38,679 bases of DNA from an uncultured Marvinbryantia sp. (GTDB lineage: Bacteria > Bacillota > Clostridia > Lachnospirales > Lachnospiraceae). The stretch lies in contig CANQJX010000001.1 of assembly GCA_947624335.1 (NCBI GenBank), positions 1 to 38,679 of the forward strand, read 5' to 3'. Shown here one piece after another: positions 31,601 to 38,679 of the stretch; the first letter of the stretch is position 1, and every line of letters starts with the position of its first letter. The position numbers were made by a program, and so were the translations under genes. The notes under the pieces were generated by a model. That model searched no databases. It had not been told where the DNA came from and worked only from the letters and a program-made list of their open reading frames with translations.

Positions 31601-32365
31601 ATAGAGCGTGTGCGGGACGCGCGCTATGACATTATCTTTCTGGATCACATGATGCCGCAGATGGACGGAATCCTTACCTTCCAAAAGCTAAAAGAAGAAC
31701 ATCTGCTTCTTCCGGATACGGCGGTGATTATGATGACGGCAAACGATATTGTGGGCGCGCGCGAGGAGTATTTACGGCAGGGATTCCACGACTATTTGTC
31801 AAAACCGGTTAAGGTTAAGGAACTGGAAGAACAACTGGCAAAGCATTTGCCAAAAGAAATGATCCGCTATCGGAAAGCCAGCGCGGCGCCGGAAGAAACA
31901 AACCGGCCTTCCGGACAGGAAAAGCCCTCTTTGCCGCCGCGGCGCGAAGAGACGGCTCAGCAGCCGGTAAACGAAGCCGAACAGGCAAAGGCAAAGGAAA
32001 ACCAACCAGAAACGATTCCCGGCGTGGATTTTTCCATCGGACTTACTTACTGCGCGGATAGCTGGGAGTTTTATCTGGAAATGCTGGAGGAGTATGTAAA
32101 AGGAGACGCGTCGGAAGAAATAGACGGATATATCCAAAGCAAAGACTGGGGTAACTACCTGATTCAGGTACACGCGCTAAAAAGCAGCTCCCGCACCATT
32201 GGGGCGCAGGAACTTTTTGAGCAGGCGCTTGCCGTTGAGACGGCGGTAAAAGAAACGGATTATGCGTTTGCCGAAGCGCATCATCAGGCTCTGATGCAGG
32301 ATTACCGCAAACTTCTCACACAGATTCGGGAATATATAAGCAGACAATCAGGAACAGAGGCTTAG
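28661..32365 (+). CDS. Hybrid sensor histidine kinase (2 x dCache, HisKA, HATPase, REC, HPt)
   Basis: Four hydrophobic segments flanking two Cache-like regions; MSHEIRTP, NLLTNAVKYT, DTGIGI, GTGLG; REC IIFLDHMMP; HPt VHALKSSSRTIGA. Starts 1 bp after the upstream stop. Confidence 0.92.
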   Translation: MKRKTRSDKISLRTNDILIAAISAVFAAVMLVNIFVMYNVAAGKSREIRGMRMENTVTDLQQMLKRAENALVRIGASLEEMLDEDATQEEIRQFLKEQKEMEVELSGGTCLNVFCTIQNETLISGMETPADYVMQDRGWYKGLMACKRGDIYISQVYDDAFTDGMCFTVAKVLPDGETIICLDYGISGIQAFVEAMGEDGDADALIADKDGTIIGYPDISLVGEKISSKLPEFQNVFTKVVTGGGADQSFSMTSRAGNNTVFCNRTENGWYLMLRVSNRALYRDSYFQLLRNVIVMLAMVSVFILFYLFACRQRLRAEQELEKKEELLLSMPETFRAPFEKMADERASYARPEKKKKRAAVTERERRWFETSIIVALTLTMLLTISIITAMTFRYSRAKMEEEARGYNYKVSAWILEQKSMLDMFSYTVAAEPQLLEDYEEMVGFLDRITRRYQGVSATYIANPDFPHGHPMVMNNGWVPDEDYVEEERPWYTGAMETEDGFHITEPYYDARTGKYCVTFSKKVETDSGEFLGVFAIDFYLDVLIEILGDGYSGSGYAFLVDKDGRVINHPNPEYQFNGENDVNIHNLIYDKVYGSTQIELLQDYDKKLKACISMEESLSNFKVIVVNDFWKIYGDVVIYAILFLTLFGVCISAVMLLMHRMVRWQQETDVQLKEAADAARAADQAKSLFLAQMSHEIRTPINAVLGMNEMILRENKDSDIQEYAVQIQSAGATLLSLINGILDFTKIESGKMELQPVKYETGMLILNLMNLVSDRARAKNLELNLEIDPTLPEALYGDDVRVRQIITNLLTNAVKYTQKGSVTLKINGRREGKEDIFLCVEVRDTGIGIRQEDMERLFGMFQRLDEERNRNIEGTGLGIPIVQNLLHMMGSELKVESTYGEGSVFSFELKQKVMSDREIGDYRKSLQKLVEQKEKQEYVYAPEAHVLIVDDNMVNLRVIRNLLKRNGVQVDTALSGAECIERVRDARYDIIFLDHMMPQMDGILTFQKLKEEHLLLPDTAVIMMTANDIVGAREEYLRQGFHDYLSKPVKVKELEEQLAKHLPKEMIRYRKASAAPEETNRPSGQEKPSLPPRREETAQQPVNEAEQAKAKENQPETIPGVDFSIGLTYCADSWEFYLEMLEEYVKGDASEEIDGYIQSKDWGNYLIQVHALKSSSRTIGAQELFEQALAVETAVKETDYAFAEAHHQALMQDYRKLLTQIREYISRQSGTEA

Positions 32366-32374
32366 GCGCTGGCG

Positions 32375-34069
32375 TCAGCGCTTAAGCTGAAGCGCCGTTT
32401 TTACGGTAAAAATACCGTCGGCGTTGGCGGTTACAAGATCGGAATTATAAGCCTGACAGATCCTGCGCATAATTTGAAGCCCCCAGCCGTGCGATAAATC
32501 GCCGCCGTTTTCTTCTGCTTCCGGCGGGGCGTCAGACGTACTGTTGGAACAACTGATGGCGAGAAAATTGCCCGTCAGGACGGCGCGAAAATAAATATGC
32601 CTTTTTTCTGCTTCCACTTTTTGACAGGCATGGAACGCGTTGTCAAACATATTCATAAGCAGCGAACACAAATCCTCGTCTTTGACCGGCAGATTCTTTG
32701 GAATGTTTACATTGCTTTCAAAGCGGATGCCTTCGTTTTGCGCCCGCGCGGAGGCGGAGTTTAAAATCACGTCAAAAACAAAATTTTCTGTATAATGCAC
32801 CCGGTCAAGTTCGGACAACTGGGCGTTTTTCTTTTTTAAGTATGCGCCGAGGTCATCCAGTCTTTTTTGCTCGTAAAACATCCCCAGCGTCAAAAGATCA
32901 TTTTTCCATTCATGGCGCATTGATTCGGTGCGCTTTGCGGTGCTTACAATATTGGCGTAGCCGGAAGCGACGGCGGCGGCCTGCGTTTCCAGAACGGATT
33001 TTTCGGAGATAATTTTTGATATGGATCGGATCTGATCGATCAGCGTCGCCGCCGTGCAGATCAGAATCAGATACTGCGCGGCAAGGCTGATTGCCGTCGA
33101 AAAAGCCCTGGAATAGAGCAAATCCGCCAGCGCTCCGATGGAGGCGATTGCCAGCGGTACGTTTTCTATGATCAGCGTCAAAACGTAAGCGGCCATAATG
33201 ATGCCGGATAAGATAAAGCTGATGATCATAAAATATTTTAAAGAACGTTTTTTCCGGTTGAGAATCAAATATATGAGGATACATATAAATGTGATATACG
33301 GAAACGCTCCGGGAGCGGCAGCTAAAAATCCGGATTGGATTTGGACGCCGACGGCGCCTGTTCCAAAAAGCAGCGAAAAGCAATAACATCCCACTCCGAA
33401 CGCAAGAAACAGCAGGCTGAAATCCGGTTTAAAAAAAGCGGCGCTTATGAAAAACAGACCGATCAAAAGAATAAATACGGCGCCGGACATACCCGCGGGA
33501 AGCGCCGACAGATTTGTCGCCGCCGCCATATGCTGATCTATCAGCGCGGCGGATTCTGCGGAAATAATGGGCGGGAAAATATAATTGTGCAGATCTTTGT
33601 ACCGGACGTTAACGGTAAGCTCTCGATCTTTGCCGCTTTTTTCTACGGTTGCCTTAACAGAAGGAACCCCGACAAGACTATCCGGCGCGCTGATTTCGCC
33701 CGAATATACAATACGGTTGTCAATCAAAAGCTGCGCGTTTCCGGTTCCGAATCTTAAAATGACGTCGATATCCGTTTCATTTTTTTCCATGGTATAGGTT
33801 ACGGTATATACGCCGTCCGTGCGGGGCGCGTCATAGGCAGGGAGCGTTAGTTCCGTCGTTTTCCCGCTGTCGGCGCGAAAAAGCGCGCTGTCTTCTTTTA
33901 AGAAGATATTGCCTAAATCAGAACTGCCCGTAAAGATCCCGAAAATACCGGAGACGGACAGGCAGACAGCGAGAAATATAAAAATTAAAATCCAGTTCTT
34001 TACTTTGCCCATATGTTTTTGAAATGATAACGACGCGTATTTTACGCCTGCCGTATCATCCTTTCCCAA
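32375..34069 (-). CDS. Multi-TM GHKL sensor kinase (AgrC/HPK10-like)
   Basis: N-terminal TM, extracellular domain, multiple TMs, MRHEWKNDL H-box, LMNMFDNAFHA N-box, HGWGL G-box. Start uncertain (TTG 34069 or ATG 34012). Confidence 0.85.
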   Translation of the reverse strand: MGKDDTAGVKYASLSFQKHMGKVKNWILIFIFLAVCLSVSGIFGIFTGSSDLGNIFLKEDSALFRADSGKTTELTLPAYDAPRTDGVYTVTYTMEKNETDIDVILRFGTGNAQLLIDNRIVYSGEISAPDSLVGVPSVKATVEKSGKDRELTVNVRYKDLHNYIFPPIISAESAALIDQHMAAATNLSALPAGMSGAVFILLIGLFFISAAFFKPDFSLLFLAFGVGCYCFSLLFGTGAVGVQIQSGFLAAAPGAFPYITFICILIYLILNRKKRSLKYFMIISFILSGIIMAAYVLTLIIENVPLAIASIGALADLLYSRAFSTAISLAAQYLILICTAATLIDQIRSISKIISEKSVLETQAAAVASGYANIVSTAKRTESMRHEWKNDLLTLGMFYEQKRLDDLGAYLKKKNAQLSELDRVHYTENFVFDVILNSASARAQNEGIRFESNVNIPKNLPVKDEDLCSLLMNMFDNAFHACQKVEAEKRHIYFRAVLTGNFLAISCSNSTSDAPPEAEENGGDLSHGWGLQIMRRICQAYNSDLVTANADGIFTVKTALQLKR

Positions 34070-34155
34070 AAGTAATCTTCAAAAGTAGCCTAATTCATTG
34101 TATCAGAACCCCCGTCTGATTGCCATATAAATTTTCCCCACAAAAAAAGCATATT

Positions 34156-34187
34156 AAAAACCGGAACTCTCTTTCAAGAATTCCGGC
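34156..34187 (-). terminator. Intrinsic terminator after tRNA-Arg
   Basis: Minus strand CCGGAATTCT-TGAAAG-AGAGTTCCGG-TTTTT. Confidence 0.8.
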
Positions 34188-34193
34188 TCTTAG

Positions 34194-34265
34194 CGTTCCC
34201 TGCGAGAATCGAACTCACAACTAGCGCTTAGGAGGCGCTTGTTATATCCATTTAACTAAGGGAAC
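34194..34265 (-). tRNA. tRNA-Arg (anticodon CCT)
   Basis: GTTCCCTTAGTTAAATGGATATAACAAGCGCCTCCTAAGCGCTAGTTGTGAGTTCGATTCTCGCAGGGAACG folds as a cloverleaf with anticodon loop CTCCTAA; no encoded CCA. Confidence 0.96.
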
Positions 34266-34290
34266 CGATACGGCAATCAAACACTTCTAC

Positions 34291-34319
34291 ATTGTACCTT
34301 TTTTTCGTTTAGAATGCAA
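34291..34319 (-). promoter_or_regulatory. Sigma-A promoter of tRNA-Arg
   Basis: TTGCAT (34319-34314), 17 bp, TACAAT (34296-34291). Confidence 0.75.
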
Positions 34320-34452
34320 CTGTTTTCTTTGGCGGGCACTGTTTGGCGGCCCGGCGGAAGTGGGGGTTTATCTGTATGGCGCAGCCCCTTTCGTTAAAGG
34401 AGATTTCAGGGTTTTCATTTTCGAAGCGGTATGGTATCATACGTTCAGCAGG

Positions 34453-34482
34453 AAAGTATGCTGCAAAAAAGTATGCTGCAAA
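34453..34482 (+). repeat. Perfect 15-bp tandem direct repeat in the proC leader
   Basis: AAAGTATGCTGCAAA at 34453-34467 and 34468-34482. Confidence 0.95.
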
Positions 34483-34541
34483 AGTGCGGCGAACGTCTTT
34501 TTAAACGATCCGCGTCAGCGGGATAACGGAGGTATCAAAAA

Positions 34542-35328
34542 ATGAACATAGGTTTTATTGGATGCGGAAATATGGCGGGAGCAATGATACAGGGGATTCT
34601 GGACGCCCAAATCTGCGCGCCCGGACAGATCATGGCGTCAGCTTTAAAAGAAGAAACGCTGCAAAAAGCGCGCAGACGATGGAATATCTGCGTATCGCCG
34701 GACGGTGGCAGGCTTTGCGGACGTGCTGTGTCTGACGGTAAAGCCGCAGTTTTATGATAAGGTGATCGGCGAAATCCGGGATGTTTTGCAGCTGCGGCAG
34801 ATCATTGTTACAGTGGCTCCGGGCAAGACGCTTGCTTGTCTGGAGGAAGCCCTGGGCAAAGGGACGAAGATCATCCGAACGATGCCGAATACGCCGGCGA
34901 TGGTTAAAAAGGGGATGACGGCAATCTGCCCAAATGAACATGTGACGCAGGAGGAACTGGAAACGGTGCGCGGCCTGTTCAAAGGATTTTCCGAAACGGA
35001 GATAGTCGCGGAGCGCCTGATGGATACGGTAACCGGGATCAGCGGCAGCTCGCCCGCCTATGTATGCCTGTTTATAGAAGCAATGGCGGACGCCGCCGTT
35101 TCCGAGGGAATGCCAAGGACGCAGGCATATAAATTTGCAGCTCAGGCAATTTTGGGAAGCGCGCAGATGGTGCTGGAAACGGGCATACATCCCGGCGAAT
35201 TAAAAGATATGGTCTGCTCCCCCGGCGGCACTACCATCGAGGCGGTGCGCGTGTTGGAAGAAAAAGGATTCCGCAGCGCTGTGATGGAAGCCGTAAAAGC
35301 GTGCGTAAGAAAATCCAGACAGATGTAA
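34542..35328 (+). pseudogene. proC: Pyrroline-5-carboxylate reductase, frameshifted near 34704 (or sequencing error)
   Basis: First frame gives MNIGFIGCGNMAGA (Rossmann); the +1 frame continues VAGFADVLCLTVKPQ, RTMPNTP, SGSSPAY, VCSPGGTT. GGAGGT SD at the first ATG. Confidence 0.85.
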
Positions 35329-35339
35329 GCGGGGAGATT

Positions 35340-35960
35340 ATGAGATACTACATTGCAGATCCGCATTTTTTCCACGGCGCCTTAAACACCAAAATGGATT
35401 GCCGCGGCTTTTCAGACGTGGAACAGATGAACGAATATATGCTGCGCAAATGGAACAGCCGGGTGCGCCCCAACGACGACGTCGTTATTCTGGGAGATTT
35501 GTCGTGGGGATCCGCACAGCAGACAAACGAGCTTTTGGAGCGGCTGAACGGACGCCTGTATCTGATACAGGGAAATCACGACCGTTTTTTGAAAAACAAG
35601 GCGTATCAGACAAAGCGTTTTGTATGGATCAAACCGTACGAAGAATTAAGCGATTGCAAACGCAAAGTGGTATTGTGCCATTATCCGATCCTGTGCTACA
35701 ACGGACAGTATAAGCTGGATTCGGAAGGGCGTCCTAAAGTTTACATGCTGTACGGCCATGTGCATGATACCTATGATCAGCGCCTGATCGATCAGTTTCA
35801 GACGATTACCCGCGGCAGCATGCGGGAGTATCCGGATGGGGAGAAGCGCCCTATCCCGTGCCACATGCTCAACTGTTTCTGTATGTATTCGGACTATACG
35901 CCGCTTACCTTAGACGAATGGATCGCCTATCACGAAAAAAGGGAGACAACATCCCTGTAA
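35340..35960 (+). CDS. Calcineurin-like metallophosphoesterase
   Basis: IADPHF, LGD, GNHD, CHYP, YGHVH metal motifs; ATG 35340 after GGGGAG. Confidence 0.9.
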   Translation: MRYYIADPHFFHGALNTKMDCRGFSDVEQMNEYMLRKWNSRVRPNDDVVILGDLSWGSAQQTNELLERLNGRLYLIQGNHDRFLKNKAYQTKRFVWIKPYEELSDCKRKVVLCHYPILCYNGQYKLDSEGRPKVYMLYGHVHDTYDQRLIDQFQTITRGSMREYPDGEKRPIPCHMLNCFCMYSDYTPLTLDEWIAYHEKRETTSL

Positions 35961-35977
35961 AATCCTGAAAATTGCTC

Positions 35978-36006
35978 TTGTAAAATGAAAGTGCATTTGT
36001 TATAAT
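35978..36006 (+). promoter_or_regulatory. Sigma-A promoter of the carboxypeptidase gene
   Basis: TTGTAA (35978-35983), 17 bp, TG-T-TATAAT (36001-36006). Confidence 0.75.
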
Positions 36007-36048
36007 GTGTGACGTAAAATTTGAAAATGCGAATTGGGGAGAAGCCAG

Positions 36049-37809
36049 ATGAAAAAGGGGAAATTTTTTTGTTCACTGCTTTTGACGCTGACGCTGGCAG
36101 GCAGTGTATTTACAGTTCCGGCAGCGGCGGAAGAAGGAAGCGGCGAGACGGAAACGGAAAGTGCCAACGGCTTTTATGAGGAAGAAATTCAGTCCAATCA
36201 AATCGTCGGCTGGCCGCAGGGCGATCCAGTAAGCGCGGACGCCGCGATTTTGATGGATGCGAACACCGGGGCGATTTTATATGCAAAGGATGTCGAACAA
36301 CGGCTGTACCCGGCAAGCATTACCAAGATTATGACGACGCTTCTGGCGTTGGAAAACGGCAATCTGGACGATGTGGTGACCTTTTCGGAGTATGCGGTTT
36401 ACAGTATCGAATTTGGCAGCTCCCATCTTGGAATGACAGAGGGCGAACAACTTACGCTGGAACAGTGCCTTTACGGGATTATGCTTGCCTCCGCAAACGA
36501 GGTTTCCAACGCGGCCGCGGAGCATGTTGCCGGAAACATCAGCAATTTTCTGGAAATGATGAACAACAGGGCCGCGGAGCTTGGCTGCACAAACACGCAT
36601 TTTATGAACGTACACGGCCTGCACGACGAGAACCATTATGTCTGCGCAAGAGATATGGCGCTGATTATGCAGGCGGCTTTGAAAATCGATAAATTCCGCG
36701 AGATCATCGGCACGGTGGAATACCATTATCCCAAGACAAATCTGGTGGATGAGGAACGCTACTTTGTCAACCATCATAAAATGGTCTCCGAGGAAGATAT
36801 GCACTATGACGGGATCATCGGCGGAAAGAACGGATATACCGACGACGCGTGGAACACGCTGGTAACCGCGGCGCAGCGCGACGGACTGACGCTGATCAGC
36901 GTGGTATTGCATGTGCCGGGGCAGGAACTGACGTATGAAGATACCCGCAAGCTTCTCGACTACGGCTTTGCCAATTTCAGCAGCACGCAGGTTACAAACG
37001 AGAACACGCCGGATATGGAGATCGTCGGGGTGGAAGACGCCGCCGAGCTGGAGAACATCCGCAAAGCGGATATCTTAAAAAAGCCGTTTTCCATGGTGGG
37101 ATCTACACAGATCACACTGCCGACAGGGGTGGACGTATCGGAACTGAAAAAGACAATGGATTTTACCACCCATATGCTCTCTTATTCTTATGAGGGACAG
37201 GTGCTGGGAAGCGTGCCGTTTACTTATACGGGAGAATGGGAGACGGAAGCGCAGACGCAGACGCCGTCCGAGGCGGAGAGCGCCGTATCTGCGCAGACGG
37301 AGAATTCGGATCAGAAAGAAGGGACGTTTTTGGCGGCGGTACAGAATATCGTTTATAAAATCGGAAACATTATGGCGGACATTTATGGCCGGATGGATGC
37401 CTTTATCGAGGAAAATACCATGGTAGCGGCAATAATCGGCGCGATACTGCTTGTAATTTTTATTCCGCTTTTGCTGGTGGCGGTTACCCGGCACCGTAAA
37501 TATACCCGTATCCTGCGCCTGCGGGAAGAGGATATGCGGGTGCAAAAAGAACTGGAAAACGAAATCGAAAGAAAGTCTGCCGCACAGGTAGAGGCGGAGC
37601 TGCGGGCGCGCGCTTTGACGGAAGAACTGGAGCAGGAGAGGAAAAAGAACCGCCGGCAGAACTTATCGCAGACAGAACCGGCAGAGGAAATACCGCCGGC
37701 CGAACCGGAGCCGCCGCAGGCATTGACGGAACCGGAAGCAGCCGAGCCGGAGCCTGAGGAGGAATACATCGAGGTTCCCGTTGAGGAAGACCAGACAACC
37801 GCCAGGTAA
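36049..37809 (+). CDS. D-alanyl-D-alanine carboxypeptidase (peptidase S11) with C-terminal TM and cytoplasmic tail
   Basis: Signal peptide (..AAA|EE), YPASITK (SxxK), ASAN (SxN), NVHGLH, GGKNGY, late TM helix; ATG 36049 after GGGGAG. Confidence 0.9.
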   Translation: MKKGKFFCSLLLTLTLAGSVFTVPAAAEEGSGETETESANGFYEEEIQSNQIVGWPQGDPVSADAAILMDANTGAILYAKDVEQRLYPASITKIMTTLLALENGNLDDVVTFSEYAVYSIEFGSSHLGMTEGEQLTLEQCLYGIMLASANEVSNAAAEHVAGNISNFLEMMNNRAAELGCTNTHFMNVHGLHDENHYVCARDMALIMQAALKIDKFREIIGTVEYHYPKTNLVDEERYFVNHHKMVSEEDMHYDGIIGGKNGYTDDAWNTLVTAAQRDGLTLISVVLHVPGQELTYEDTRKLLDYGFANFSSTQVTNENTPDMEIVGVEDAAELENIRKADILKKPFSMVGSTQITLPTGVDVSELKKTMDFTTHMLSYSYEGQVLGSVPFTYTGEWETEAQTQTPSEAESAVSAQTENSDQKEGTFLAAVQNIVYKIGNIMADIYGRMDAFIEENTMVAAIIGAILLVIFIPLLLVAVTRHRKYTRILRLREEDMRVQKELENEIERKSAAQVEAELRARALTEELEQERKKNRRQNLSQTEPAEEIPPAEPEPPQALTEPEAAEPEPEEEYIEVPVEEDQTTAR

Positions 37810-37860
37810 GAGAAGCAAACATTCCATAGAAAAGCAATCGAAGATAAGGGAGGAAACGGC

Positions 37861-38598
37861 ATGAACTGGGTATCACCGATCAAGGACGAGGAAACACTGA
37901 AACGGTTTAAAGAAGCGCTCCGCAAGGTAGACGATAAATACTATATTTTATTTGAAATCGGCGTGGGGACAGGCCTGCAGCTGCAGGAGATCCTGAGATT
38001 TAAAATTAAAGATATCCGCGGCAAGGATAAGATTGAGGCGTCCATCGGGACAAAGGGTATCAAGCGGACTTTTACCATTCCAAAGGAATTGAAGGACGTC
38101 ATTGCAAAGTTTACGGAAGGGAAGGATCCCGACGCTTATCTGATTCAGGGGCATACCAATTCTTCCGCCGCGCTTTCCAGGGAACAGGCGTACCGCGTAT
38201 TTAAGAGCGTGGGCAAAGAAATGGGGCTGAATTCCATCGGCGCGCAGACGATGCGCAAAACGTTTGCATGGCGGTATTATAAAAGTACAAACGATATTTA
38301 CTATCTGCAGAATCTTTTAAACCACGCGTCTCCGTCGATTACTTACCGCTATATCGGCGAGAAGCCGAACGTGGAAGTAGTGCTGAAGAAAATGACGCCC
38401 GAAGAAAACGAGCGAAGCCGTTATCTGCTTTACAAAGATAACAGCGGGAAAAAACGCATCAAAGCGATTGTGGACTTGTTTAAGAAGCTGGAGGGAGAAC
38501 TGGACAATCCTTCCAACAACGACGCGTTTTATGGAAAACTGGATTGCCTTCTGACCGAGGTGGAACAGTTGGCGGAGAGCTTTAAAAATACAAAATAA
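37861..38598 (+). CDS. Tyrosine recombinase-fold protein with substituted catalytic residues
   Basis: VSPIKD, GVGTGLQLQEIL (cf. TGLRxxE), LSREQAYRV, GAQTMRKTF (cf. HxxRKTF), LLNHAS, TYRYIG; GGGAGG SD. Confidence 0.85.
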   Translation: MNWVSPIKDEETLKRFKEALRKVDDKYYILFEIGVGTGLQLQEILRFKIKDIRGKDKIEASIGTKGIKRTFTIPKELKDVIAKFTEGKDPDAYLIQGHTNSSAALSREQAYRVFKSVGKEMGLNSIGAQTMRKTFAWRYYKSTNDIYYLQNLLNHASPSITYRYIGEKPNVEVVLKKMTPEENERSRYLLYKDNSGKKRIKAIVDLFKKLEGELDNPSNNDAFYGKLDCLLTEVEQLAESFKNTK

Positions 38599-38603
38599 AA
38601 AGA

Positions 38604-38626
38604 CGCCCGGATGGTTTGTCCGGGCG
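38604..38626. terminator. GC-rich hairpin after the recombinase-like gene
   Basis: CGCCCGGA / TCCGGGCG stem with 7-nt loop; A run before it but no T run after it. Confidence 0.5.
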
Positions 38627-38641
38627 CTTCAGACTGTAGAC

Positions 38642-38679
38642 AAAGCACTTCCAACAATGCTTAAGCTGGAAGTGCTTTT
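38642..38679 (+). terminator. Second hairpin with T tail at the window edge
   Basis: AAAGCACTTCCA (38642-38653) / TGGAAGTGCTTT (38667-38678). Confidence 0.55.

Noticed and set aside
34360-34545. 61-aa ORF containing KVCCKKVCCK
   Set aside because: The Cys pattern is just the translation of the 15-bp tandem repeat; there is no convincing SD and it overlaps the proC promoter.
37861-38598. Calling the recombinase-like gene xerC/xerD or a prophage integrase
   Set aside because: It lacks the N-terminal domain and two catalytic residues, and no att site or cargo is visible.

Overview
This is the replication-origin region of a Clostridia chromosome (gene content and protein sequences look Lachnospiraceae-like; inference). 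The left arm (minus strand) is dnaA-dnaN-yaaA-recF-gyrB-gyrA-murT-gatD-plsC, then tRNA-Ser(GCT) and what looks like the promoter/leader of an rRNA operon running off the left edge. A bipartite oriC (DnaA-box clusters on both sides of dnaA) separates it from the right arm: rpmH-rnpA-yidD-yidC-jag-mnmE-mnmG-rsmG, a divergent alpha/beta-hydrolase-fold gene with two parS sites, and parA-parB-DUF4446-serS-DUF3881. A signalling block at ~24.8-34.1 kb holds an AqpZ-like channel, a LytTR regulator, a REC-HD-GYP-GGDEF-degenerate GGDEF protein, a double-dCache hybrid kinase with HPt, and a GHKL kinase. It is followed by tRNA-Arg(CCT), a frameshifted proC, a metallophosphoesterase, a D,D-carboxypeptidase, a tyrosine-recombinase-fold protein lacking two catalytic residues, and a possible IS end at the right edge. 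The most interesting candidates are: (1) a putative amino-acid-sensing phosphorelay onto a c-di-GMP make/break enzyme, whose kinase looks like a fusion of two sensor kinases and retains a relic H-box; (2) an apparently domesticated, catalytically dead tyrosine recombinase; (3) a pseudo-hydrolase whose first codons are literally a parS site. All calls come from reading the sequence and recalled family motifs; no searches were run.
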